A DNA stretch of 64,000 nt from an uncultured Solirubrobacterales bacterium (GCA_963742275.1 CAVUKU010000003.1:111866-175865), one strand, 5' to 3'; counted from the stretch's first letter, positions 9,780 to 19,373 are shown. The notes: generated from the letters alone by a model not told the origin. A program made the numbers and translations.

Positions 9780-10661
9780 TCAATCCGCAGCGCCGACGGC
9801 CTCTGAGAGGCTGGACATGGCACTGAAGTCCTCTGGGCCGCGGTTCGCGGAGCCGACCTCCTCCGGGAAGCAGGGACGGACGGCGGTACTCATTTCCATG
9901 AGATCCATTGTCGTGTACTGCGGCACGTAGACAGGGGCTGCACGGCCAGTGAGCAATCCAAGAATGAGCGTGGCCACGCGGGCGCCGGTGAGGAACACCG
10001 CAGGCGCGACCACAGGTGCCGGAATCTGCCCCTCAATGACTTCCCGCACGAGGACGGCAGGGGCAGATGACGGCAGGTCGGCATCTGCCGGTATCCATGG
10101 AAAGCGGCCTGCAGCGAGCGTCTTTTCGATGTACTGCGCAATGCCAACGCCTTCCGGGTGGTAGGCGTAGACGTCCGACCGAAAGCCGACGCTTGCACCA
10201 CCGACTATGGTCAACTGGGCCTCGCGTGCCGCTTGGTCAAGCGCGCGAGCGGCGTCCAGTGCAAAGAGGTCCACACCGTTGACCACACACTGCAAGTCCT
10301 CCACAAGCCGCTTGGCATTCTCAGGAGTCACTCCCTCGGGGACCTCTTCGATCTGAATCAAGGGGTTTATGCGCCGTAGCTCCTGAGCTAGGCCCTGGAC
10401 CTTGGGAAGTCCAAGGGTATCCGTGTACGCGCCGAACTGGCGATTGAGATTGGAGACATCGAAGTCATCGACGTCGGCTAGGCGGAAGCGCTGGAAGCCC
10501 AGACGCGCTAGACACGTTGCGGTCGCACCACCCTCGGCGCCGATGCCCGCCAGAAGAATTCGGGCGCTGGCAATGCGATCTTGCTCCTCGCGGCTGATGA
10601 TTCCAAGATTGCGCGAGAAGATATTGTCGTAGCTCACCGCCGGACTGTGTCTTGTGTCCAT
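9780..10661 (-). CDS. ThiF/MoeB (E1-like) adenylyltransferase
   Basis: FSRNLG..EEQ..I, GIGAEGG nucleotide-binding loop, DVDDFDVSNLNRQ; AAGGAG SD before ATG 10661. Confidence 0.88.
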   Translation of the reverse strand: MDTRHSPAVSYDNIFSRNLGIISREEQDRIASARILLAGIGAEGGATATCLARLGFQRFRLADVDDFDVSNLNRQFGAYTDTLGLPKVQGLAQELRRINPLIQIEEVPEGVTPENAKRLVEDLQCVVNGVDLFALDAARALDQAAREAQLTIVGGASVGFRSDVYAYHPEGVGIAQYIEKTLAAGRFPWIPADADLPSSAPAVLVREVIEGQIPAPVVAPAVFLTGARVATLILGLLTGRAAPVYVPQYTTMDLMEMSTAVRPCFPEEVGSANRGPEDFSAMSSLSEAVGAAD

Positions 10662-10761
10662 GTGATGATCTCCTTCGGATCGCCGGTTGATGTTCGAGAT
10701 CGCGGCGTGCATCCCCAATGCCGCTGCGTAATCGCCAGCCTCACCAGTGGTTGATCCGATG

Positions 10762-11613
10762 TCAAGAATCGGCGTCAGCGAGTTGGAGCTCGCGGAGATG
10801 GTTCGTGACCTTGCGCCGTGCTTTGAGCGCTCTCACGGCAAAGCCGGGGGTGCCGAGCATTACGCCGATCAGCGCGTCGCCGGCGTTAGTATCGACCAGT
10901 GCTGTGAACCGCGAGTCCAGCTGCGGCTCGCCCGACAGCGGAAGCTTCTCGCCATAAAGCGAGCCCATGTACGAGAAGACGCCCCGCGACACGAAGAACT
11001 CACGCTCGAGTTCGATGCCTGGGGGCCCAAGATGCTCCGCCGTGACTTGCGCCGCCGCGAAGGCGCGATCGCTCCTGTGAGCGGTTCCCGATGAGGGATA
11101 GGGGAAGGCATAACGCCCTCCAAGGTTCGCCGCGGCACGCAGAACGACTGGGCTCTGCGTTCTGAAGGTCATTGTCATGAGACGCCGATGCTCACGAGAA
11201 ATAGCGCTCCACGGCGCGACCGTGAGCAACGTAGCGAGGCCATGCCGGTGATGGGCGTGCCTGAAGCCTACGGTGTCAATGTAAAGCAGGGGCTCGCGAA
11301 CGCCGGGCAGGATCTTTATCCCGGCCCATCCGACGACCTCCCGGCCAGCTGTCACAAGCCACCACTCCGACAGCTCCTGAAAGTAGTCGCGGCGCTCCCA
11401 GTATTCACTGAGATCAGCGCCTACCATCTCACTAGAGACTGCCTTGCAGATCGGCATCAGCATGGCCTTGTCATCACGACTGAGCGAGCTCCTCGGCCTT
11501 ACGAATCGGCGCAGCATGTACGGGCCGTGCGTTATGGCTTGACTAGCCCCTGCTGGGGTCCTTGCCAGCAGCGGGGGATCACGATATTTATCGATAAGCG
11601 GGTCGTTGGTCAT
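10762..11613 (-). CDS. Putative GNAT-fold acyltransferase
   Basis: VVGWAG..LYIDTVGFRHAHHRHGLATLL resembles GNAT motif A; same strand as and within the cluster; start uncertain. Confidence 0.55.
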   Translation of the reverse strand: MTNDPLIDKYRDPPLLARTPAGASQAITHGPYMLRRFVRPRSSLSRDDKAMLMPICKAVSSEMVGADLSEYWERRDYFQELSEWWLVTAGREVVGWAGIKILPGVREPLLYIDTVGFRHAHHRHGLATLLTVAPWSAISREHRRLMTMTFRTQSPVVLRAAANLGGRYAFPYPSSGTAHRSDRAFAAAQVTAEHLGPPGIELEREFFVSRGVFSYMGSLYGEKLPLSGEPQLDSRFTALVDTNAGDALIGVMLGTPGFAVRALKARRKVTNHLRELQLADADS

Positions 11614-11662
11614 GCTTGCGACTATCGGCTCGTCATTCGTGGTGGCCCAAACCGAGTCCTTG

Positions 11663-12367
11663 CTAGGGTCGACGATAATTGAGCACGTAGTCTGGCAGGG
11701 AGCCCGCCGTCGAGACATCCATCCGCGGATCGCCAATCGGAGCGCTAGTCCGAACGTCAAGGGGAATGACTCCCGCCCAGACAGGTAGCGCATAGTCCTC
11801 CTCATCGTCCTCTGGCGGCCCAGTCCTGACCTTTGCCGAAGCTGCTGTCACAGGTAGCTTCAGAACCGCTGTCCCCTTGAGCTCCTGACTGGTCGGAGGA
11901 CGCACATCATCCCAGCGTCCCTTGATGATGTGCTCCGAGATAGCACGAAGGCTCTCCCACTTCTCATCAGCGTCCAGGACAAGTGAGGCCTGGCCATACA
12001 GAACCACCGACCGATAGTTCATCGAGTGGTTGACCGCAGAGCGAGCCAGAACCAACCCGTCAAGCAGCGTGACCGTCAGGCATACGTCTATGCGTGCGCT
12101 TGGTGCGCCCTTCGTCACCTTGGCCGCTCGGCTCGCAGCGGACCCGTGGATGAAGACGTGATCACCTATCCGCCCGTAGGATGTGGCGATGACCACCGGC
12201 AATCCATCGGTCGCGAAGCCTAGATGGCAGATAAAGCCCTCGTCCAGTATGGAAAAGATGACCTCGCGCTCATAGTTGGCACGCTGGGGCATGCGACGGA
12301 TCTTTGTTCGCACTGTGGGCTCGAATACGTCGCTGGTCATCGGCTCCTTGCTTTCGTTCGTCGCCAT
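11663..12367 (-). CDS. Pyridoxamine 5'-phosphate oxidase-like / NimA-like flavin-binding split-barrel protein
   Basis: RANYEREVIFSILDEGFICHLGF, IHGSAASR, DGLVLARSAVNHSMNYRSVV, SAKVRTGPP, WAGVIP. Confidence 0.9.
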   Translation of the reverse strand: MATNESKEPMTSDVFEPTVRTKIRRMPQRANYEREVIFSILDEGFICHLGFATDGLPVVIATSYGRIGDHVFIHGSAASRAAKVTKGAPSARIDVCLTVTLLDGLVLARSAVNHSMNYRSVVLYGQASLVLDADEKWESLRAISEHIIKGRWDDVRPPTSQELKGTAVLKLPVTAASAKVRTGPPEDDEEDYALPVWAGVIPLDVRTSAPIGDPRMDVSTAGSLPDYVLNYRRP

Positions 12368-12483
12368 TGCTTGGTCGCCAGCAAGCATAGCTAAACGGCT
12401 TATGATGCCTCCAAATACGCTAGGGCTACGGAGAGGGCGCCGGGGCGATCGCACACCCGATCCCACGTTGGGGATTGATATTT

Positions 12484-14300
12484 ATGAACCCATACACCAC
12501 AACAGCGCTATTCACCGGCTCGAGCACTGTGGATATCTGGTTCGTGGATCTTTACCCCCCAGCACCCTTGCGAGACCCAATGCTCGCTTTCCTCTCCGCA
12601 GACGAGAGGAACCACGCCACGATGTTCCGATCACATCATGCGCGCAGCACATTCCAGATCGCACGGGCGACCTTGCGCCTTCACCTGGCGCGCTATACGG
12701 GAGCCGCCCCACACGAACTCATCATTGAGGTCAGCAGGCAAGGCAAGCCGTTTCTCGCCGGACAAGAGGCCCATGCCCCGCTTCGTTTTAACGTTTCTCA
12801 TTCTCACGGCTACGCGCTCATGTGTTTTTCAAGGAGCCACGAAGTAGGGATCGATATCGAGAAGATCAGGCTGCTTCCCGATGCTCGCCTGGTTGCTGAG
12901 CAGCACTTTTCACCTGCCGAGCTCAAGAGCGTCTTTGCAAAGAGGATAAAGGCGCATCCACGCGCTTTCTTGCGTGCTGGACTCGAAAGGAGGCACTCGT
13001 AAAGGGGCTAGGTGACGTGCCCAGGGACGTTCAGAACGCGGTGTAGGTAGGTCCGGGCCTACCGAGAGGCTGTGGGTGTCAAAGCTCACGACCTCAAGGG
13101 AGGCCCGGAATGCCGCACCATAGAGCTCGTATGACCCCGCGTGGGCGGGAGATGGTCGTTCGTCGTGTCGTGGATGACGGGATGTCCTTCGCGCAGGCCG
13201 CGGCGTGGGGGAACGTGTCGAAGTCCACGGTGTGGGAGTGGGTACGCCGCTGGCGGGCGGCGACCCCGGGTGAGCGGGAGTCGCTGGTGTGCCTGGCAGG
13301 AGCGCTCCAGTCGCCCTCACCGGTCTCCCTCCCGGTGCCCTGCTGAGGAGGAGCAGCGGATCTGTGAGCTGCGCCAGCGAACGGGCTGGAGTCCCAGGAC
13401 GATCGCGATGCTGATTGGGCGCCCTCACTCGACCGTGCACCAGGTGCTGCGACGCGGGGGCTGCTCACGCCGGGAGCCCTCCGAGCGCGCAGCGGTCGTC
13501 CGCTACGAGTGGCCCTGCCCCGGGAACCTGCTGCATATGGACGTCAAGAAGCTCGGGAAGTTCACCGAGCCCGGGCACGCGCTGACGGGTGATCGCACCC
13601 GACGCTCCCCGGCGAGTCGGCTGGGAGTACGTGCACTCGATCGTCGATGACTGCTCACGCCTGGCGTACTCAGAGATCCACGACGACGAGAAGGCCCCGA
13701 CCGTGACTGCGTTCACCTGCCGCGCCCTGGACTGGTTCCTTGGAGCACGGGATCGTCGCTGAGCGGCTGATGACCGACAACGCGTTCGCCTACATCCACA
13801 ACAAGACGCTGCGCGAGCTGCTCTACCGCCGCGCGATCCACCATCTCCGCACCCGGCCCTACACGCCCCGCACCAACGGGAAGGTCGAGCGCTACCAGCA
13901 GACCCTGCAACGCGAGTGGGCCTACGCCCTGCAATACGCCTCAAGCGACGCCCGTCGAGCTTCGCTGCCACACTGAGTCCGCCACTACAACGAGCAGCGC
14001 ACCCACAGCGCCCTCGGCAACCGCCCACCCATCCACCGCGTTCGGGACGTCACCGGGCACAACAGCTAGGTCAAGGCTTGCATATGCCTCTGCGTACATT
14101 TGACGTGACACCCGAGCGCTCCGCCAGCGCCGTCGCCTGGCGTTGCTCCAACTTTAACTCGTTGGTTCACCGCGCAGCTCACTCTGCCTGTGGAGAGACA
14201 CTGTGGTGCTGTCGCGCTATCCGCCATCCAAAGCCTACGTGCTCACCAGCCGCTCTGTCCCACGACAACCGAGTGGGATCCCTTTCTGGCGCATTGCTAT
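12484..14300 (+). pseudogene. Sfp-type 4'-phosphopantetheinyl transferase interrupted by IS481 and frameshifted
   Basis: GKP, FNVSHS and VGIDIE motifs; WTRKEALVKGLG lies in a shifted frame at ~12978; the reading continues after the IS as GQGLHMPLRTFDV; 3' end approximate. Confidence 0.88.
13013..14064 (+). mobile_element. IS481-family insertion sequence (1052 bp) with frameshifted transposase
   Basis: Imperfect terminal IRs TGACGTGCCCAGGGACGT and ACGTCACCGGGCACAACA; 6-bp DR GCTAGG at 13007-13012 and 14065-14070; transposase fragments HMDVKKLG, LMTDN, RPYTPRTNGKVER across several frames. Confidence 0.93.
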
Positions 14301-14308
14301 CTTCAGCA

Positions 14309-14881
14309 TCACTCCTGGGTGTCCGTGTTTGGCGGGGAATCAGAGGAGCTTTTCAGCTCGAGGTAGTGCCCGCATTGCGGACAGGTGATGCCTGTCTTAC
14401 TCGCCTTCGTAGATGGCACGTCCTTCCCCCCGTCTTTCCGCCGCCGAAGCTCAACGCGCAGGCAGCGCACCGAAAGGCGCTCCTGCTCTGCAAGATCAAG
14501 CCAATGCTCCTGTTCCTCCGCGGTAAGTGCCGCCAGCTCCGCGTGATGGCTCCACGACAGCATCTCCCGACGTCGGGAGATCTCGAAGCGGGCTGCTACA
14601 TATGCCATGTTCATCAATGTTTGCCTGTCATAAAGCGTGAGTTTTTCGGCGCGTGCGTACTTTTCACCGAAACGAGCGTTGCCGTAGCGAATCCAGTCCC
14701 CTACCCACCAGCCTGCAGCTCTGCTTTGACTGGCTAGTTGTGCACCGAAGCGAGCCCACGTCTCCAGATCGAGCTCTCCGTTTGGCTCCCAAGCTACACG
14801 CGTAATCCGCGGCGTCGAAACTTGCGTCCGCAGCGGTCTCAGCGCTATCTGTTGTGCCTGAGCAGTGCTCATGCTTGTCAA
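14309..14881 (-). CDS. LmbU/NovE-family cluster-situated transcriptional regulator
   Basis: WWVGDWIRYG...Y..A...T..D.QTL.N.AYVA.RF..SRRR..LSWSHHAELA.L...EQ..WL..A motif series; C-terminal CPQCG. Confidence 0.88.
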   Translation of the reverse strand: MTSMSTAQAQQIALRPLRTQVSTPRITRVAWEPNGELDLETWARFGAQLASQSRAAGWWVGDWIRYGNARFGEKYARAEKLTLYDRQTLMNMAYVAARFEISRRREMLSWSHHAELAALTAEEQEHWLDLAEQERLSVRCLRVELRRRKDGGKDVPSTKASKTGITCPQCGHYLELKSSSDSPPNTDTQE

Positions 14882-15667
14882 CTAGCGATGTCTCATAGAT
14901 CGTGGGCACGCAACCCGCGCTGAGGCAGTTGCGGCTGAACCATCTTGAAAGTGAAATTCAGCTGCAAACTTGAAGCCTCCTACTGGGCACCTGGCTGGTA
15001 CGGCCATCCCTATCGGGTGGTATCCTACCTTCCGTCCTTTCACGCGCCTATAGTATGTCAATCCAAGGGGCCCAAAACTCGTGCGAATATCGACCACGGA
15101 CACATCTGATGCGCCTGGCAAAGAAGGCGTTAGCGGTACAATAGTGTTTAGATGAGCTGATTCGAACGAGCCCGCTCCCTGCAAAAGCAACGCGGGAAAG
15201 ACAAGCTGGGCGGCAACCGGCGTCTCCGCATCGACATAAAACAACATAGCGGTATGGTGATTTACTGCTGGCCCCATGAACATATCGATGCTGACTGGCT
15301 CATGCACGACAACCGGGCCAAACGGCACCTCTGCAGTTGCACTCCCAAAGCCCAGATATGAGTTACTAGAGCAGGCTGCGGGTCCTCGCTGTAACAGGGC
15401 TACAGGATCGCAGATTGTAGTGCCTAGTTCGGTCGTGCCTAGACCCATACCAGGTGGTAGGCTTAGGTCTATATCGGTTACCGGCGACGGCACCAGTGTG
15501 CCAGTTGGGCTGATGTCGAAGTGAACCAAAATCGTCGTGCTCTTACCTAGCTGGTCAGGCGAGAAGGCCACATGAAGCTTCACCGTCTGGGACGCCCCCG
15601 CGACGGCCGGGAACAATCCTGAAAGCACAACAAAAACGATCGTGCTCCATCTTGCTTTGATCATCAT
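14882..15667 (-). CDS. Secreted Cys-containing beta-rich hypothetical protein (paralog of 33854-34621)
   Basis: Signal-peptide-like N-terminus; collinear similarity to 33854-34621. Confidence 0.8.
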   Translation of the reverse strand: MMIKARWSTIVFVVLSGLFPAVAGASQTVKLHVAFSPDQLGKSTTILVHFDISPTGTLVPSPVTDIDLSLPPGMGLGTTELGTTICDPVALLQRGPAACSSNSYLGFGSATAEVPFGPVVVHEPVSIDMFMGPAVNHHTAMLFYVDAETPVAAQLVFPALLLQGAGSFESAHLNTIVPLTPSLPGASDVSVVDIRTSFGPLGLTYYRRVKGRKVGYHPIGMAVPARCPVGGFKFAAEFHFQDGSAATASARVACPRSMRHR

Positions 15668-15689
15668 CAGCCTTAGCAGGGAAAGGACC

Positions 15690-16184
15690 CTAAATTTTGA
15701 TTCTGCCCGTGACAACAGCGGACATAGCATAATTACCTCTCGCTAGGGTGCCGCGTATGTTCCCCGCCGGTCCTGAGACATGCGCATAGCGTCCAGTCCC
15801 GTGAGTGAAGAACAACGACCCGCTAAAGTTCGCACTAGGCCCAGCAACGTAATACGAAACAGTCCCGGCGCCGCTCATCGTGCCGTTACGTGTGCTACAG
15901 GTGTATGCGATTCTTGCCTGCGTGTAGGAGATATTGATCTGTATCGCCAATGAACAGTTGAATGTTCCTGAGCCATGACCACGCTCGTTGAGCACCGTAG
16001 CGCCCCGATGGCTTACCAGGCTGGCATGAATCGATTCGTGCAGCGACAGGCTGCTCGAAGCCGTTGTGCCGCGTCGTGGCACGGATGCGGAGGCAACGCC
16101 AAAAACACCGGCGGCAGACATGGCTAGCACCGATAGCACGGCGACCGGCACGAGGGCACATTTCCAGCGTGGGCAAAAGCTCAT
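15690..16184 (-). CDS. Small secreted beta-barrel-like hypothetical protein (paralog of 34631-35191)
   Basis: Signal peptide; GTGRYAH motif shared with 34631-35191. Confidence 0.75.
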   Translation of the reverse strand: MSFCPRWKCALVPVAVLSVLAMSAAGVFGVASASVPRRGTTASSSLSLHESIHASLVSHRGATVLNERGHGSGTFNCSLAIQINISYTQARIAYTCSTRNGTMSGAGTVSYYVAGPSANFSGSLFFTHGTGRYAHVSGPAGNIRGTLARGNYAMSAVVTGRIKI

Positions 16185-16333
16185 TGGTGCTGCAACCTCC
16201 GATGGTGGGCTCGGGTAATTGGGACTCACGACGGTTGTAAGTTTGAACGGCACCGGAGTCTGCCAGAACGGCGCCCGTGCGTGGCTTACCAATATGCGTA
16301 ATCGCGTTTCGCATAACACGAAACTATGGTCGG

Positions 16334-17593
16334 CTAAACGACGGTCGCCGATGACGGCGTGCGGACAATGCTTGGCGGCTCGGTGCGTTTGGTGCCCGCA
16401 TCCATGTAGCCAAGCTCCTCGAGTCGAAGAGCTATCTCAAGCGCAGTTAGGTCGAGTAGATCGCCAAGGGCCTTCCGGACATCGCCGAGATGGTTTTCGA
16501 CGGTTCGCCGGGTTAGCCCAATAGCCTTTCCCGCTGAGGAGGCGTTTCGGCCGTGCTTAAAGTCGGCGAGTAGTGACTTTCGCGCCGGCAGACCACACCC
16601 GTGCAGGCTGTTGAGCGGTTGGAGGTAGACTGCCCCATATATGCGGATCATCGCGTTGTTTTGCATAGTGGCCACCACCGGCAAGACGTCGGCGCAGCGG
16701 GTGACCTCTTGCGGCTTGTGACGAGCGATGAGCAGTGCCAACTGGGCTTCGTCGTGAGTCTGGCGCCAGCCTTCAAGTCCGTTCCCCGGATCACCGATCG
16801 CAAGCGTGGCGTGTCGACACCCGCTGGTGGAGAGTAAGCACTTGAACTCAGCGACGGACAGCTTTGTCTTGCTACCCAGCCACGCCCACACGGTCTCGTC
16901 ATCGTCACCCGCCACGGACAGTAGCTTCCGTCCGGGAGCAGCCCCCAGGCGCCGAAGGGTCTCGGCGCTCTCCGCTCCGACCGCGATCACCCCGAGATGC
17001 CAACGGGAGCCCACCTCGTAGTTCAGCTCCTTGAGCTCGGCCGGGTCGACGTCTTCGACGATCAGCCGGCGCACGAGCTTGGCGCAGCGGTGTTCCGGCG
17101 AGCAAGCGAGGTGCTCGGACTCTCGCTCGTACTCGTCTTCTACAGAGGCGACTATGTGGTCGAGCAGTGAGCCGTAGTTCTCGCGCAGATGCTCGAGCAC
17201 GGCCTCGTGATCTGCGTAGCCTGTCCGCTCGATCTCCTCGCGGATGAAGTCCATGAACCGCCCGTGCCCGGCCAGATAACGGCGCACCAGCACGCCCGGA
17301 CGCATGCCGATGCGAGCTGCGCGGCGTGCGTGAGCTGCCAGCGCCTGCGGCATCTCTCCCCACTCCCCTCCCCGCTCGATTGCATCCAGGCTGTACTCGA
17401 TGGTCGCCACGATAGCCGCGGCACGACCGCGCTCGTACTCGGCGTCGTGGTGGCCCAGCGGGTCGGTCTCCGCAGCAGGGATGCTGGCGTGGATCTCCTC
17501 GGCCATTTCCAGACCGCGTGATCGCAGCCCGGCGACCACGACGGCATAGACCTCCTCGGGCGACGCTGGGCAGTTCAGTACGCTTTCGCTCAT
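16334..17593 (-). CDS. PucR/CdaR-like transcriptional regulator
   Basis: AHARRAARIG, GLEGWRQTHDEAQ, C-terminal HTH NASSAGKAIGLTRRTVENHL. Confidence 0.82.
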   Translation of the reverse strand: MSESVLNCPASPEEVYAVVVAGLRSRGLEMAEEIHASIPAAETDPLGHHDAEYERGRAAAIVATIEYSLDAIERGGEWGEMPQALAAHARRAARIGMRPGVLVRRYLAGHGRFMDFIREEIERTGYADHEAVLEHLRENYGSLLDHIVASVEDEYERESEHLACSPEHRCAKLVRRLIVEDVDPAELKELNYEVGSRWHLGVIAVGAESAETLRRLGAAPGRKLLSVAGDDDETVWAWLGSKTKLSVAEFKCLLSTSGCRHATLAIGDPGNGLEGWRQTHDEAQLALLIARHKPQEVTRCADVLPVVATMQNNAMIRIYGAVYLQPLNSLHGCGLPARKSLLADFKHGRNASSAGKAIGLTRRTVENHLGDVRKALGDLLDLTALEIALRLEELGYMDAGTKRTEPPSIVRTPSSATVV

Positions 17594-17808
17594 CGGCTAC
17601 CGATGCTTTGCAGGCTTGGGAAGGCGCCAGGACATCAAGAGGCCGGCCCGGTCGTTAGGGCAAGCACCAGACGCACGATCGCACTCTGGAAGTGGTCCGC
17701 ATATGTCTATCAGGCAGAGACTGCAACGTGGCCGACCAATGTGGACGGTGCGACCGAACACATTGATCGGTTGTACTCTTCGGCATCAGTTGTACAGAAA
17801 GGCCAGTC

Positions 17809-19014
17809 CTACTCTTTGGACGATGAGTCCTCGGAGGCGAGATCCGCAAGCCGGAGCGCGACGTCGATCTCAGCGAGGCAGGCGCAGAGTGGCCGATCAA
17901 GCAGCTCCTCTACCAAGCGTAGGCGATTCCCAACTGTCTGCCGGCGGACCTTCGCTACATGAGCCGCAGAGGTGGAGTTGCATCCAGCGTCGATATAAGC
18001 ACGTAGCGTCTCAAGCAAATCCGCACTATCCGCGCGCCCCCGAATCAGCGCCAAGAACTCCCCGAGCCATGTTGCGAGCGTTTCATTTTCCAACGCAGCC
18101 ACCAGCAGCGGGCTTTCCGCATACCGCACAACTTGCTCCGGTCTGCGTAGCGCTCGCAACTGCGCTCCCCTGGCTTCGCGGTGCGTCTGACGCCATCCGT
18201 CGAGCCCCCATCCCGGCCCGCCGATAGCGAGTATCTCGCCCGTAGTCCCGTTGGGTGTCAGCACGCGCTCAATGTCCACGATCTTGAGCCGCTGAGATGC
18301 GCCGAACCAGGCCCACACGGTGCCGTCGTCGCACTGCGCCAGCAGGAGTTCGCAACGACAGTCGGCCTTCACGCGTCGGAAGGCGCCGTGAATGTCGGTC
18401 CCCGTGGCGATCACGCCGAAATGCCAGGAAGTGTCGAGCTCGTATTCCAACTCGGCCAGTTCCGCAAACTCGACCAGCTCCTTGGCGAGTAGCCTCCTCA
18501 CAATCTCAGTTCGACGCTGCTCGGGCGTACACACCAGTTGCTCGCGCTCGTCGTTGTACTCGCTTTCGATCGCCGCCGTCACACGTTCTAGCAACATCTC
18601 CAGAATCCTGCGGAGATTGTTGAGTGCAGACCCGTTGCTTGACAAGCCGATGTTCTCTGCCTCCTCCACGACAAACTCGCTGAGCCGGCGGTGCCCGGCG
18701 ACGTAGCGGCGGAGCACCGTGCCCAGGCTTACGCCCGCGCGTGCAGCGCGCCGTGCTTGAGCCGCCGCCTCTTGCGGGATCGGCACTGTCCATCCCAACC
18801 CGTGTTCGAGGGCTTCGAAGCAGGAGTCGAGAATCGCCGTCACCGCCGGCAACACTCCCACTTGATATGTCGGGTTTTGACCGCCTGCCGAGTCAGGCAC
18901 AGCCTCCTGGATGCGGGCATAGATCGTGTGGGCGATCTCCGAGTGACGTGCTCGCAATCGCCCGACGATCTCAGGTGCGGAGTCCTCGACGTGATCTTGC
19001 GGTACCGCGCTCAT
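17809..19014 (-). CDS. PucR/CdaR-like transcriptional regulator (tandem paralog)
   Basis: AQARRAARAG, GLDGWRQTHREA, HTH LETLRAYIDAGCNSTSAA..RQTVGNRL. Confidence 0.85.
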   Translation of the reverse strand: MSAVPQDHVEDSAPEIVGRLRARHSEIAHTIYARIQEAVPDSAGGQNPTYQVGVLPAVTAILDSCFEALEHGLGWTVPIPQEAAAQARRAARAGVSLGTVLRRYVAGHRRLSEFVVEEAENIGLSSNGSALNNLRRILEMLLERVTAAIESEYNDEREQLVCTPEQRRTEIVRRLLAKELVEFAELAELEYELDTSWHFGVIATGTDIHGAFRRVKADCRCELLLAQCDDGTVWAWFGASQRLKIVDIERVLTPNGTTGEILAIGGPGWGLDGWRQTHREARGAQLRALRRPEQVVRYAESPLLVAALENETLATWLGEFLALIRGRADSADLLETLRAYIDAGCNSTSAAHVAKVRRQTVGNRLRLVEELLDRPLCACLAEIDVALRLADLASEDSSSKE

Positions 19015-19167
19015 CGTCGGTCTCGACCACCACGAGCCGGAGGCTCACTCGACCAGGTTGGACACATCAAAATCGGACCAGCCAACTACGATGAATAAAA
19101 TGGACAGCCAGAGCGGTGCCCCGCCTCGCCATCCATCGACCAGAATGCCCTCGGAAGCGTCCTTTAC

Positions 19168-19188
19168 GGGGGGGGGGGGGGGGGGGGG
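19168..19188 (+). repeat. G21 homopolymer tract in a divergent intergenic region
   Basis: 21 consecutive G read directly. Confidence 0.9.
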
Positions 19189-19347
19189 TAGAAGCGTTCG
19201 GCTTCGCGGAAGCGGCCAGGATCGAGATCGTGGAGATGCTGCTGCTTGTCGTCCGACCATGGGCGCCGGGTACCCTAATGGATAGCTGAACTGGCCCGTC
19301 GCGCAAAACATTGGGTAGACGCTCAACCTGGTCAGCTGGCATTAGCC

Positions 19348-19373
19348 GAGAACTCTACCGGGAACTAGTTCTC
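19348..19373. promoter_or_regulatory. Putative operator (GAGAACT-N12-AGTTCTC) just upstream of the XRE gene
   Basis: Perfect 7-bp inverted repeat ending 5 bp before ATG 19379. Confidence 0.4.
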
